A DNA stretch of 64,000 nucleotides, from assembly GCA_044070495.1 (NCBI GenBank), contig JBIPSI010000008.1, positions 1 to 64,000 of the forward strand, given 5' to 3'. This document shows, in pieces, positions 48,384-57,794 of the stretch (position 1 is the first letter of the stretch; every line of letters starts with the position of its first letter). The DNA is from Spirulina sp. GTDB taxonomy: Bacteria > Cyanobacteriota > Cyanobacteriia > Phormidesmidales > Phormidesmidaceae. The notes under the pieces are model-generated. The model made no database searches. It was not told where the DNA came from and saw nothing but the letters and a program-made list of their open reading frames with translations. The position numbers and the translations under genes are program-made.

Positions 48384-49490
48384 GTGGATAGTTTAAAAGC
48401 TCTTTTTAATCGCAAACCTCGGGGTGTGGGCATCGAACTAACCCCGGATCGAGTCACCCTGGCCCAGATTAAGAAGCAGGGCACTAGTTATAAGCTCGCC
48501 GCCCTAGAGTCGGTGGAGTTGCCGGAGGGCGTCTACGAGGAAGGCCAAATTATTGATACAGCGGCCATGGCCGATGCCATCCAAGCCCTGCTCACCCAGA
48601 GCAAGGTGAAGGTGAAGCGGGCCACCACCGCCATTCCCGGTCGGGCCATTGCCAAGATTATCCCGGTTCCCGCCGAGCTAGATGATGATGAACTGCGGGA
48701 GATGGTGCTCAACCAGGAGGCCAGTCTTTACCTGCCCTTCCCCCGCGAAGAGGCCGATGTGGACTACCAAAAGCTGGGCTACTTCGTGGATGAGGACGGC
48801 ATTGAAAAGGTGAAGGTGCTGCTGGTGGGGGTACGCAAAGACCTTACGGATCCCTATGTGGATGTGTTTGCCCAGGCAGGGCTAGGGCTAAATGTATTAG
48901 AAACCTCCAGTTTCGCCCTCATTCGCACCATTCGCGAGCAGTTGCGCCAGTTTACACCCCAGGAGGCCGCTGCGGTGGTGGATATTGAGTTTGAAAGCAC
49001 CGAAATTTCTATTGTGGTGGATGGGGTGCCCCACTTTTCCCGCACCGTGCCCACCGGGACGTTTCAAATCCAAAGCGCCCTCAGCCGCGCCATGAACCTG
49101 CCCCCCTCCCGCAATACGGATTTGCTCCAGGGCATGACGGTGCCCGTGCAGAGTATGGATACCGTGGGGGCGGTGCAGATGGGCGGCGGCACCAACCCCG
49201 GCACCACGGCCATGCTGCGGGTGTTGGGCGAGCTTTCGGACGAACTGCGCCGATCTATCGACTTTTACCTCAACCAGGAGGAAGACATGGAGGTGGCCCA
49301 GTTGTTGCTGGCGGGGCCAGGGGCCTCCATTGGCCAACTCGATGAGTTCTTGGCCCAGCGGTTGAGCATTCCTACCAGCCAGATCGACCCGATTTCGGCC
49401 CTCTCCCTAGAGGTGACCGAGGAGATTCCTGAGAGTCAGCGGGCGGGCTTGGCCACGGTGATTGGGTTGGGCCTACGGGAGGTGATGTAG
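48384..49490 (+). CDS. pilM: Type IV pilus assembly protein PilM
   Basis: GIEL, EA.LYLPFPREEADVDYQ, EL.DELRRSIDFY, LAGPG, IGLGLR. Confidence 0.95.
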   Translation: MDSLKALFNRKPRGVGIELTPDRVTLAQIKKQGTSYKLAALESVELPEGVYEEGQIIDTAAMADAIQALLTQSKVKVKRATTAIPGRAIAKIIPVPAELDDDELREMVLNQEASLYLPFPREEADVDYQKLGYFVDEDGIEKVKVLLVGVRKDLTDPYVDVFAQAGLGLNVLETSSFALIRTIREQLRQFTPQEAAAVVDIEFESTEISIVVDGVPHFSRTVPTGTFQIQSALSRAMNLPPSRNTDLLQGMTVPVQSMDTVGAVQMGGGTNPGTTAMLRVLGELSDELRRSIDFYLNQEEDMEVAQLLLAGPGASIGQLDEFLAQRLSIPTSQIDPISALSLEVTEEIPESQRAGLATVIGLGLREVM

Positions 49491-49492
49491 CC

Positions 49493-50278
49493 ATGTATAG
49501 CCTCGATATTAACTTTCTCAAGGATCGAGAACCGAGGGTCTATGAATCTAAGCCCAAGGCTCGCGGTGGCGGTGGCGGCGGCGCTCCAGCGGCGGATCGA
49601 CGACCGTTGATCTACGGACTCTTTGGGGCGTTGATTCCCATTGGCTTGGCGGGGGTCTACTGGCTGGTGAGCCAGGGGCAATTGCGGCAACTCCAGGCCC
49701 GTAAGGTGACCCTAGATGGAGAACTGGCCCAAATTCAGGCTCAGCTTACGGAAATTGGCGGTATTCAGGGCCAAATCGATGTCGTTAAGGCTGAAAATGC
49801 GGCCTTTGTGTCGGTGTTCAACCAAATTGTGCCCTGGTCGGCCCTGCTGGAGGACATTCGCGACCGCACCCCGACGCGGATTCAAATCACCACCATCACC
49901 CAGGATGGCGGCACCCCCTCGGCTACCGACCCAGAGGCCACGCTGTCGGCGGCGGGTGGGGTCGTGATTGAGGGGGTGGCCTGCTCCTTCGAGGATATTA
50001 ACGACTTTGCCCTGGTGCTCCAGCGGTCACCCCTGCTGGAGGCTGCCTCGGTGGCCATTACCGAATCGGATCAGCAGGATGAATTGCTGGATCCGTTGGT
50101 GGATGGTCGGTGCCCTGGCACACCCCCCAATGTGCCCAGCTACCTGGTGGACTACACCCTTCGGGCCAACATTACCGACACCCCCGCCGCCGAGTTAATT
50201 GACGAACTGGAGCGTCAGGGGGCGGTTGGCCTCGTAGCCCGGTTACGTGCCCTCAGAGAAACAGGAGTGATCGAGTAA
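49493..50278 (+). CDS. pilN: Type IV pilus assembly protein PilN
   Basis: MYSLDINFLKDR, TM, coiled coil, PWSALL.DIR.R.P, G.A.SF.D.NDF.L.LQ.SP. Confidence 0.92.
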   Translation: MYSLDINFLKDREPRVYESKPKARGGGGGGAPAADRRPLIYGLFGALIPIGLAGVYWLVSQGQLRQLQARKVTLDGELAQIQAQLTEIGGIQGQIDVVKAENAAFVSVFNQIVPWSALLEDIRDRTPTRIQITTITQDGGTPSATDPEATLSAAGGVVIEGVACSFEDINDFALVLQRSPLLEAASVAITESDQQDELLDPLVDGRCPGTPPNVPSYLVDYTLRANITDTPAAELIDELERQGAVGLVARLRALRETGVIE

Positions 50279-51183
50279 TGGCGGCATCTGGAGATTTCCT
50301 TCCCGGCGAAGATCAACTTGGAGAAGTTGGCCCTACCTATCCCACGGTGTTTGGGCTAGAGCTTACCCCTCCGGCCCAGGCCCTCGCCATTGTGCTGCTG
50401 GGGGTGGCAGCGTCCTTCGCCCTCTACAATTTTTTGGTGCGGCCCGTGCGGCAGCAGATTACCGCCGCTGAGGGGGAGGTCAACCAACTACAGGCCCAGG
50501 TGGATCAACAGCGGGCCAGTTTGCAGGAGGTGGCCGTCCTCCAGGCGCAGTTGGATGAAGCCATCCAGCAGCGGGTGGCCGTCTACGACCTGCTGGGCAC
50601 CAGTACCACCCTAGACACCCTGCTGATCGACATCAACCAGCAGATCCAAAACAGCAATGCCGCCATTGAGGATGTGCTGCGATCCGACTTTAACCGGATT
50701 GATCAAGGGCAACTGGCGGCCCTGGGGTTAAACCAGGCCCAGGTGGCCCAAATTCGATCTCAGTTTGCCGCCGATCCGGTGCTTCAGCGGGTGCTCTATG
50801 CCTCGGAACTGTGGCAGTTTACGCCCTCCCAGGTGGTGCCCTGGACGGCGGCTCCCCCAGAACTAACGGGCAAGATCAATTCCCAAACCGTGGAAGTGAG
50901 TATGCAGGCTCTCTTTCCCCAAACCCTGAATATTCTCCGCAACATCGAACGACTAGAACCCCTGATTGTGATCCGCAACCTAGAGCAAGAACAGGCTCCC
51001 CTGCGCGGCGGCGTTTCTGAGGAAGATGTGCAGGGGCTAACCCGTCCGCTCAATACCACCTTCTCCCTGGAGGTGCTGGTACCCGCCATTGACCCATCCA
51101 CGCCGCCACCACCGCCGCCGCCGCCGGAAGGAGAAGCCGGAGCCGAGGGCGCACCCCCGCCGGAGGGCGCTCCCCCTCCCTAG
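50278..51183 (+). CDS. pilO: Type IV pilus assembly protein PilO
   Basis: YP.VFG..LTP, TM, coiled coil, LDTLL.DIN, ILRNIERL.PL; position between pilN and pilQ. Confidence 0.85.
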   Translation: MAASGDFLPGEDQLGEVGPTYPTVFGLELTPPAQALAIVLLGVAASFALYNFLVRPVRQQITAAEGEVNQLQAQVDQQRASLQEVAVLQAQLDEAIQQRVAVYDLLGTSTTLDTLLIDINQQIQNSNAAIEDVLRSDFNRIDQGQLAALGLNQAQVAQIRSQFAADPVLQRVLYASELWQFTPSQVVPWTAAPPELTGKINSQTVEVSMQALFPQTLNILRNIERLEPLIVIRNLEQEQAPLRGGVSEEDVQGLTRPLNTTFSLEVLVPAIDPSTPPPPPPPPEGEAGAEGAPPPEGAPPP

Positions 51184-51285
51184 GACAAGCCAAGGCCACC
51201 TAGGGCACCATCTACCATCACCGCTTGTGTCTATTTCCCTGCTATTAATTCCCCCGCCATCGCAACTGTGAATGAGGAGTGAACC

Positions 51286-53445
51286 GTGAATCCCTTAACT
51301 CGCCTGTCCCCCCTATTGATGAGTGGTGCTCTCCTAGCGCTGGCCGCTGCCCCGGTTTCGGCCTCCACCAGCATCACCAATGTGCGCCTCAACCCCACCG
51401 CCACAGGCCTAGACCTGGTGCTAGATACCGAAGGCGACAGCGGCAATGTCTTCACCGTTAACCAGGGCAACACCCTACGGGCGGATCTCACCCGCACCCA
51501 GCTCAACCTGCCCGATGGCGCTTTCCAGCAGGCCAACCCCGCCCCTGGGATTGCGATGGTGTCGGTGGTGCCGCTGGATGCCAATAGTGTGCGCGTGACT
51601 ATCGAAGGCACGAGCCAAGCCCCCACAGGAGCGGTGGAAACCAACGGCAATCGGGTGGTGCTCTCCATTCGCAATGATGGCCAAACGGCCCAGGCCCCTA
51701 CCCCTGTCCCCGACGCCCTAACCACGGTTCCGGCCCCTAGTGTGCCCCTGGCCCAAGCCCCCGCCGACCCTGCCCCCGCCGAAACCACCCCCGTCACCCC
51801 CGCCCCCGCTCAGCCCGATGTGCTGGTGCCCAACCCGGAGGTGGTAATCGACGGTGTCCCCGTGGCCCAACCCCAACTGCAACAGGCTCCCCCCTTCATG
51901 CCCCGCGCTGTGGCCCCCCCGGTGGGCGATATTTCCTACGCAGAAAGCGTCCCCAACTTCAGTACCATCGACCTCGGCACCAACGAGCGCATTCCTCGTC
52001 TGTTGCTGCGCGATGCCCCTGCCCGTGAGGTACTAGGTTTGCTGGCCCGTGCGGCTGGGCTAAACCTGGTCTATGCCCCCGCCACAGGCGAAAACGCAGC
52101 GGCGGCAGAAGGTGGCGGCGAAGGTACCCTCGTTAGTTTAGATATTGAGAACGAATCGGTGCAGGATGTGTTTAACCACGTCCTTCGCGTCAGCGGTCTA
52201 GAAGCTAACAAGGTAGGCCGCAGCATTTACGTCGGCCCATCTCTACCTGCCTCGGCCCAAAATATTGTCACCCGCACCCTACGCCTAAATCAGGTGGATG
52301 CAGGGGTAGCGGCTAATTTTTTGGTTGCCCTAGGAGCTGAAAGTTCAGTTAGCCGGGATCGTCTAGTGACTAGTGTTAACGCGGTAGAAGTAGCCGAAGG
52401 TGCACCCGCTTTAACTGAAACCCAGACATCTACGGTGACTCAAATTGAGAATAGTAGGGTTGTGTATGAAGATAGCAATCCTATCCTCAGGGGCTTACAA
52501 GTTATCGCTGATGAGCGCACTAACTCAGTCACATTGGTAGGCCGTGCCGACTTGGTTTCTATGGCAACAGATCAAATCACCCGAATTGATTTACGGCGGC
52601 GACAGGTTGCAATTAATGTTCGAGTTATTGACATTAACCTCAATGCTCTAGATGCTTTTGGCACTAGTTTTTCCTTCCAAACCGGAAACTTTGGAATTGT
52701 CAACTCTGGTGGGCTAGGCGTTCTTAACCTTGGGGCAGGAGTACCTTCATTTCCGATTGCACCAACGATTCCAGGTGGTACTCCTATTTTGCCACGACCA
52801 TTAAGCGGGCCACAGGGCAATAGTACGTCTACCAACTTCCTCTTCCAGCTTTTGGCAACTGTCCAAAATGGCAATGGTAAGATCATCACAGATCCAACAC
52901 TCATTGTTCAAGAGGGTCAAACGGCTACTGTTCAACTGACACAAGAGGTCGTCACTGATATTGAGACTACAACTACTGTGACCGATGGCACTGTCGTTAC
53001 TGAGCAAAACATTGAATTTACGCCTGCTGGTCTAGTGCTTCAGGTAGATGTTCAACGAATTGACGATAATGGCTTCGTATCATTGTCAGTTGCTCCAAGT
53101 ATCTCAGCTCCCACCGATACTTTTACGCTAGGCGACAGCACTATTTTCCTACTGTCTGAACGGCAAATTAGTTCTGGGCAGATCAGAGTACGCGACGGGC
53201 AAACCCTTCTCTTATCTGGAATTATTCAAGAGACTGAGCGGTCTAGTGTGACTAAAATTCCTATCCTGGGTGATATCCCGCTCCTAGGCTCACTATTCCG
53301 CAGTACTGTCACCGATACCCAACGTCAGGAGTTGATTGTTCTCCTTACTCCACAGATCTTAGATGACTCGGATCAATCTGTTTGGGGCTACCGCTATACC
53401 CCCAGCGAACAGGTGCAGGAAATTCTAGAGAACCAGCGGCGTTAA
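51286..53445 (+). CDS. pilQ: Type IV pilus secretin PilQ (AMIN + secretin)
   Basis: AMIN domain, PRAVAPPVGDI, LRDAP.REVL.LLARAAGLN, DERTNSVTL, RVRDGQTL.LSGIIQ, KIPILGDIPLLGSLFR. Confidence 0.95.
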   Translation: MNPLTRLSPLLMSGALLALAAAPVSASTSITNVRLNPTATGLDLVLDTEGDSGNVFTVNQGNTLRADLTRTQLNLPDGAFQQANPAPGIAMVSVVPLDANSVRVTIEGTSQAPTGAVETNGNRVVLSIRNDGQTAQAPTPVPDALTTVPAPSVPLAQAPADPAPAETTPVTPAPAQPDVLVPNPEVVIDGVPVAQPQLQQAPPFMPRAVAPPVGDISYAESVPNFSTIDLGTNERIPRLLLRDAPAREVLGLLARAAGLNLVYAPATGENAAAAEGGGEGTLVSLDIENESVQDVFNHVLRVSGLEANKVGRSIYVGPSLPASAQNIVTRTLRLNQVDAGVAANFLVALGAESSVSRDRLVTSVNAVEVAEGAPALTETQTSTVTQIENSRVVYEDSNPILRGLQVIADERTNSVTLVGRADLVSMATDQITRIDLRRRQVAINVRVIDINLNALDAFGTSFSFQTGNFGIVNSGGLGVLNLGAGVPSFPIAPTIPGGTPILPRPLSGPQGNSTSTNFLFQLLATVQNGNGKIITDPTLIVQEGQTATVQLTQEVVTDIETTTTVTDGTVVTEQNIEFTPAGLVLQVDVQRIDDNGFVSLSVAPSISAPTDTFTLGDSTIFLLSERQISSGQIRVRDGQTLLLSGIIQETERSSVTKIPILGDIPLLGSLFRSTVTDTQRQELIVLLTPQILDDSDQSVWGYRYTPSEQVQEILENQRR

Positions 53446-53475
53446 TGGTTTGCTGAGCTTAGCGCCAACCCGTTG

Positions 53476-53506
53476 CCACCTGGCCCTTGGGCTGGGTGGT
53501 TTTTTG
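53476..53506 (+). terminator. Rho-independent terminator after pilQ
   Basis: CCACCTGGCCC-TT-GGGCTGGGTGG hairpin followed by a T run. Confidence 0.65.
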
Positions 53507-53539
53507 TGGGGGTGGGTGGTTTTGGCGGTGGGGGCTAGT

Positions 53540-53776
53540 TCATGCCGTTAAGCGTGGAAAATCAGTGCGTCGTGCGGCAAAAATCAGGCAAGCTTGAATA
53601 TCGGCGAATTCTAAATCAGGGAAATCTTCCAGAATTTCGGTACTGCTGACATTTTCAGCAAGCATTTCTAAAATATCAGCCACTCGAATTCTCATGCCAC
53701 GAATACATGGCTTACCGCCACACTGACCAGGCGTTTGAGTAATGAGGCTAAGCAAGCTAGAGATTGAATGATCCAT
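53540..53776 (-). CDS. DUF433-domain protein (VapB45-like antitoxin family)
   Basis: IT..PG.CGGKPCIRGMRIRV.DILE.LA......EILEDFPDLE..DI.ACL.FA. Confidence 0.9.
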   Translation of the reverse strand: MDHSISSLLSLITQTPGQCGGKPCIRGMRIRVADILEMLAENVSSTEILEDFPDLEFADIQACLIFAARRTDFPRLTA

Positions 53777-53877
53777 AACTATGACCTTTATTGACTTTAT
53801 ATTCCGTGTTAAGGACAGGATGCTTTAGGTTTCGCCGCGAGAATTTTGGGCTCCAGTGCCTTTTTTCAGGCAATCCG

Positions 53878-54216
53878 CTACTCTCCATACTCCTGCAAGA
53901 AAGCGACAAAGTCAGCTAGGGCTGATCGGGTTTCGTCCCTGGGGTCGAGTTGATGTTGTACTTGGAGAATAATCCATCGATTTTGGATTCTAGCTCGGCG
54001 AGCCGCGCGTTCTCGTTCCTGATCTGATCGGTCTCTTTCTCGATCTGCTTTGCTTCGTTCCTCGTCTGCCAGATCATCGCGTCGAGCTTCTCGCTCTCTT
54101 GCTCGTAGTCTTTCTTCCTCTGCTCGTAATCGTTCATCTTTTGCCTGTGATCGGCTTCGGCTTCCAGTGTGCCACGCTTCGCACGAGCGTAGCTCTACAA
54201 GGCCGAGATTAACCAC
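53878..54216 (-). CDS. Hypothetical protein (hydrophobic N-region plus charged coiled coil); start uncertain, may be a fragment
   Basis: Open frame with R/E-rich helix ending FLQEYGE; frame appears to extend upstream through a hydrophobic stretch. Confidence 0.45.
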   Translation of the reverse strand: MVNLGLVELRSCEAWHTGSRSRSQAKDERLRAEEERLRAREREARRDDLADEERSKADRERDRSDQERERAARRARIQNRWIILQVQHQLDPRDETRSALADFVAFLQEYGE

Positions 54217-54418
54217 GAGAGCCGCTGACCCCAGGCTGAACGCCAGGAAGCTCCACTGGAGGGAGGTGAGGTGGAGGAATTCGGTTTCGGTACCGTCCCT
54301 GGTGGCCGTTGAAGTTGTCTACCCACGGATTACCCTAAAGCGTACTCTGCACTAACCGATCATGCTGAGGGGTGTCAAGCTGGTTGACTGACACAACGCT
54401 GAAAAGCATTGATATCTC

Positions 54419-54503
54419 GTAGGTTGGGTGGCGCGATAGCAGAACCCAACAAGCCCGAAATCCTCGGCGAGTGTTGGGTGCAGCGAAGTGGAACCCAACC
54501 TAC
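54419..54503. repeat. REP doublet (GTAGGTTGGG...CCCAACCTAC)
   Basis: Two GTTGGG-n-CCCAAC palindromes, with GTAG at the outer left and CTAC at the outer right. Confidence 0.7.
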
Positions 54504-54577
54504 TTTAGAGATGTGTCCGTCAACCGGGGTGTCAAGATAGGGATAGCGTGCCGAAAAAGCGATAAGGACGGAGTTGT

Positions 54578-55171
54578 ATGTTAGGCAAAGCAGACTTGCT
54601 AGAGGCCATTGCCCCGTTAAATTTGGGCATTCGGGCCACGGCGGCGGATCGGTTGGCGGTGGATGCGGCGGCGGTGCGGCTAGAGGAACGCAACCCCACC
54701 CCGGCCCCCTTTTCGGTGCCCGAACGTCTAGGGGGAAACTGGCGCTTGCTCTACACCACCAGCCAAGAACTGCTGAATATAGATCGCTTGCCCTTGGCTT
54801 CCTTGGGGGCCATTTACCAATGTATTCGGCTATCCGAAAACCGCATTTACAACATCGCGGAAGTCGCTGGCCCACCGCTGCTCTCTGGCCTGGTTACCGT
54901 GGCTGCCCGCCTAGAACCTGTTTCCGAGCGTCGGGTTAATGTACGGTTCGAGCGGGGTGTTTTCGGCCTTCAAAAATTATTGAACTACGGCTCTCCCAAC
55001 CAGTTCATCTCCATCCTAGAAACCACCCCCCATCTGCCCCTGCTCAAGGGCATCGACTTCACCATCAACGCCGAACGCCAAGCCGGATGGCTGGAAATCA
55101 CCTACCTCGACGACGACCTCCGCATAGGCCGAGGCAACCAAGGCAACCTCTTTATCCTCAGCAAAAGCTGA
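54578..55171 (+). CDS. PAP/fibrillin family protein
   Basis: K..LLEAIA..N.G, LEERNPTP.P, L.GNWRLLYTTS, GWLEITYLDDDLRIGRGNQG..FIL. Confidence 0.93.
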   Translation: MLGKADLLEAIAPLNLGIRATAADRLAVDAAAVRLEERNPTPAPFSVPERLGGNWRLLYTTSQELLNIDRLPLASLGAIYQCIRLSENRIYNIAEVAGPPLLSGLVTVAARLEPVSERRVNVRFERGVFGLQKLLNYGSPNQFISILETTPHLPLLKGIDFTINAERQAGWLEITYLDDDLRIGRGNQGNLFILSKS

Positions 55172-55261
55172 TCCCAGCGAACATCGCCACCGGATTGCCT
55201 GACAAAATTTGTTCGCCAGATCCCCAAAAGCCCTTACCCCCAGCCCCTCTCCCACAGGGAG

Positions 55262-55426
55262 CTACTAAGTACACATAAGTCCTTAACGTAGACGATACAG
55301 GGAATCGATCCCCCCTAGCCCCCCTTAAAAAGGGGGGAGCCGGAGTCAAAGTCCCCCTTTTTAAGGGGGATTTAGGGGGATCTCCAAAGACTTGCGGCAT
55401 GAAAGTAAGATGTGTGTACTTAGTAG
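55262..55426. mobile_element. MITE copy 2 (165 bp, inverted relative to copy 1)
   Basis: Same TIRs; 11-bp target duplication CCCACAGGGAG (55251-55261 and 55427-55437). Confidence 0.88.
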
Positions 55427-55541
55427 CCCACAGGGAGAGGGGAGCCGGAATTGTTTCAAAGTCCCTCTCCCACAGGGAGAGGGATTTAGGGTGAGGGCTT
55501 CAGGGACTTTGTGGTCTACTGAAGCTCAATGATTTTAAAAA

Positions 55542-55623
55542 TGGGCAGAGCGAGACTCGAACTCGCATGACCGAAGTCGCCACATTTTGAGTGTGGTGCG
55601 TCTACCAATTTCGCCATCCGCCC
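55542..55623 (-). tRNA. trnL: tRNA-Leu(CAA)
   Basis: Minus strand GGGCGGATGGCGAAATTGGTAGACGCACCACACTCAAAATGTGGCGACTTCGGTCATGCGAGTTCGAGTCTCGCTCTGCCCA; anticodon CAA, long variable arm. Confidence 0.95.
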
Positions 55624-56468
55624 TTGGATGAACCCTCATTATACTCAATGGGGCGGTTTTTCACCAGAGCACCATAGGCCGCACCACTGGCCCAGCGCTC
55701 AATTTCCTTGGCCCGCAGCACCGGCACCGGGTGAGTTAGCCCTTGGGTGCGCAGTTGTTTGAGGGCATCTCCGATGACATCTTGGCTGAGGTTATCGTAG
55801 GCACGGGCTTGGTCGAGAAAGGCGTCTAGGCTGAGTTCGTCCACCAAAGAAGGCGATCCGCCACAGAGTTTCATCAGCAAAGAAGCCACGATGCGGGGAT
55901 CTTGGGCCACCAGCAGAGCGGCGCGGTCGCAGGTGAACTCGGCACAGCGCACCCATTCCATCAACTGGTTTTGCAGCCCTTGGGAAATTTCGGTGCCAAA
56001 GGGCAGTTGGCTGGCGGCGAGGGTAATCAGGTTCGCCACCGTGAGGTATAGGCTGTGGTCGCACTTGAGATGGCCCAGTTCGTGGGCGATCACCGCCTGG
56101 GTCTCCGCCGGAGTCAGCAGTTCGATCAGGGCCGTGTGGATGACGATAAAGGGCCGCTCCCCCCGCATGGCAAAGGTGTAGGCATTGGGCACGGGGTTTT
56201 GGCGCACGTAGAGCTGGGGCACCTCTAAATCTAGAATTTGGCAGGCTTCCACCAGGGCGGCATGGAGGCTGGGCAGTTGCCGATCACTCACCTGAATCCC
56301 AGAGGCCAGGTTTTCTAAATGAAAAAACGATTCCGCTAGGGGGGCCACCACCATCCGCACCAGCACATCTAGCCCCGGCAGTTGTTGCAGGGCACGGGTG
56401 GCTTCGAGATCCAGGGGGTGACGGAACTGTTCGGCCCGCAGGCCTAGGAGCAGCGTTTTACCAGACAT
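55602..56468 (-). CDS. M48-family Zn metallopeptidase
   Basis: FRHPLD, PNAYTF, QAVIAHELGHLK (HExxH), AEFTCDRAA, THP.P..R; last codons lie in tRNA-Leu. Confidence 0.92.
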   Translation of the reverse strand: MSGKTLLLGLRAEQFRHPLDLEATRALQQLPGLDVLVRMVVAPLAESFFHLENLASGIQVSDRQLPSLHAALVEACQILDLEVPQLYVRQNPVPNAYTFAMRGERPFIVIHTALIELLTPAETQAVIAHELGHLKCDHSLYLTVANLITLAASQLPFGTEISQGLQNQLMEWVRCAEFTCDRAALLVAQDPRIVASLLMKLCGGSPSLVDELSLDAFLDQARAYDNLSQDVIGDALKQLRTQGLTHPVPVLRAKEIERWASGAAYGALVKNRPIEYNEGSSKGGWRNW

Positions 56469-56586
56469 AGGAAAGAAGATCAGAAGGTGACCGAACGGTG
56501 CAACGGTAAAAAAGGTCGAAAACCCTAAGGGCTTATCCCCGTACCTTTATCCTAAGGTAATACGAAAATCATCGGAGGACTGTGGT

Positions 56587-56952
56587 GTGACTCCCCAGGA
56601 ATTTGGCCTGTTGCTGATCTCGGTTATCACCAGCAGTTTAGGGCAGTTTTTTCTTAAATTAGGCGCGGTGCAGCTAGGGCAAGTGACTGGAGACAACGCC
56701 CTCAACCACATTTTACGCATCGCTACCACCCCAGCGCTGATCGCTGGGCTCGCCTCCTACGGCCTTGGGGCTATTTCCTACATTTTGTTGCTCACCCGGG
56801 TCAAGCTCAGTGTGGCGGCCCCTTCAGCATCCTTAATTTATTTGGCCTCCGTGTTAATTGGTTACTTCTTTTTCGGAGAAACCCTGCCCCCAGTGCGAGT
56901 TCTAGGGCTTGGGTTTATCGTGCTTGGGGTCGTGTTGGTGACCACCCGCTAG
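56587..56952 (+). CDS. EamA/DMT-like small membrane transporter
   Basis: Four TM helices, GQ.FLK.G, LTRV.LSVA.P, FF.E. Confidence 0.8.
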   Translation: MTPQEFGLLLISVITSSLGQFFLKLGAVQLGQVTGDNALNHILRIATTPALIAGLASYGLGAISYILLLTRVKLSVAAPSASLIYLASVLIGYFFFGETLPPVRVLGLGFIVLGVVLVTTR

Positions 56953-57071
56953 GCGGTTCTCCGTCTGCCCATGGTGGGGTGGCTAATCCGAATCCGCGAT
57001 ATTCGACACCACTAACCCCCTGAGATCACTGATCCCAAGGGGTTAGGTTTGGGTTGTTCCCCACTTTTCGA

Positions 57072-57392
57072 CTAGGGATCTGGGTTAACGCAGGTGAGGC
57101 GTCCCTCCTGGTTGATCAGTTCCAAAGAAGGCTGAAAACCAGGGTAGCACCGCACCAAAACGGTGTCGTTGCTGCGGGTGACGTAGAGAACGTGAATGGG
57201 GTTGCCGTTGAGAATGGCGGGTACCAGACGCGGAGGCATCGGGGCCGTAGACCAGGCTGGCAGCATTCCCCCTAAACTCAGCCCTAAAATCCCTAAGGCT
57301 GTCAGTAACCCCACCGCTGTCCACCTAGACAAAAACCATCGGCGGGGGCCAAGTTGACTCAAAATTCGCTGTGCCGTTGGTCGAATATCCAT
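57072..57392 (-). CDS. Small membrane-anchored hypothetical protein
   Basis: TM followed by NPIHVLYVTRS.DTVLVRCYPG..P; GAGG RBS upstream. Confidence 0.6.
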   Translation of the reverse strand: MDIRPTAQRILSQLGPRRWFLSRWTAVGLLTALGILGLSLGGMLPAWSTAPMPPRLVPAILNGNPIHVLYVTRSNDTVLVRCYPGFQPSLELINQEGRLTCVNPDP

Positions 57393-57794
57393 GACCGCTT
57401 TTCACCTCGGAGTAAACACCTCTTTAATATGTTCTCCTAGCTGCCTTTAGAATCTGCCAAACCTTAAGATCATCATAAGATATGATGCCCATCGACCCCA
57501 CGATAGTGGCGTAAGGGACTGAACCTAATCAATCGTTGCCGTTACTAAATAACCGAGTTGATTGGCAAAACTTGTGAGAACCCAGATCCGCAAAGGGTCA
57601 GGAGACCTGACCCCTACGTGAACCCAATACGGTAGGGGCGCGGTTTCCGCGTCCGGCACAGGATGTGGTATCAGTCAACCATCTAAATAACAGGATGATT
57701 ATCCTAACAATTAATGGTAAACGTCTTAAATATCCCATCCTAAAATGCTTACACCCTCTGACCTCAAGAGAGTGTAAGCATGGGTGCTGCGGAT

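Noticed and set aside
51100..51183. Polyproline tail of PilO as a specific client of the IF5A-like protein
   Set aside because: Pro-rich tails are common in these proteins and nothing in the sequence links the two loci
53540..53776. Complete toxin-antitoxin pair
   Set aside because: DUF433 gene is present but no adjacent PIN/DUF5615 toxin ORF is seen
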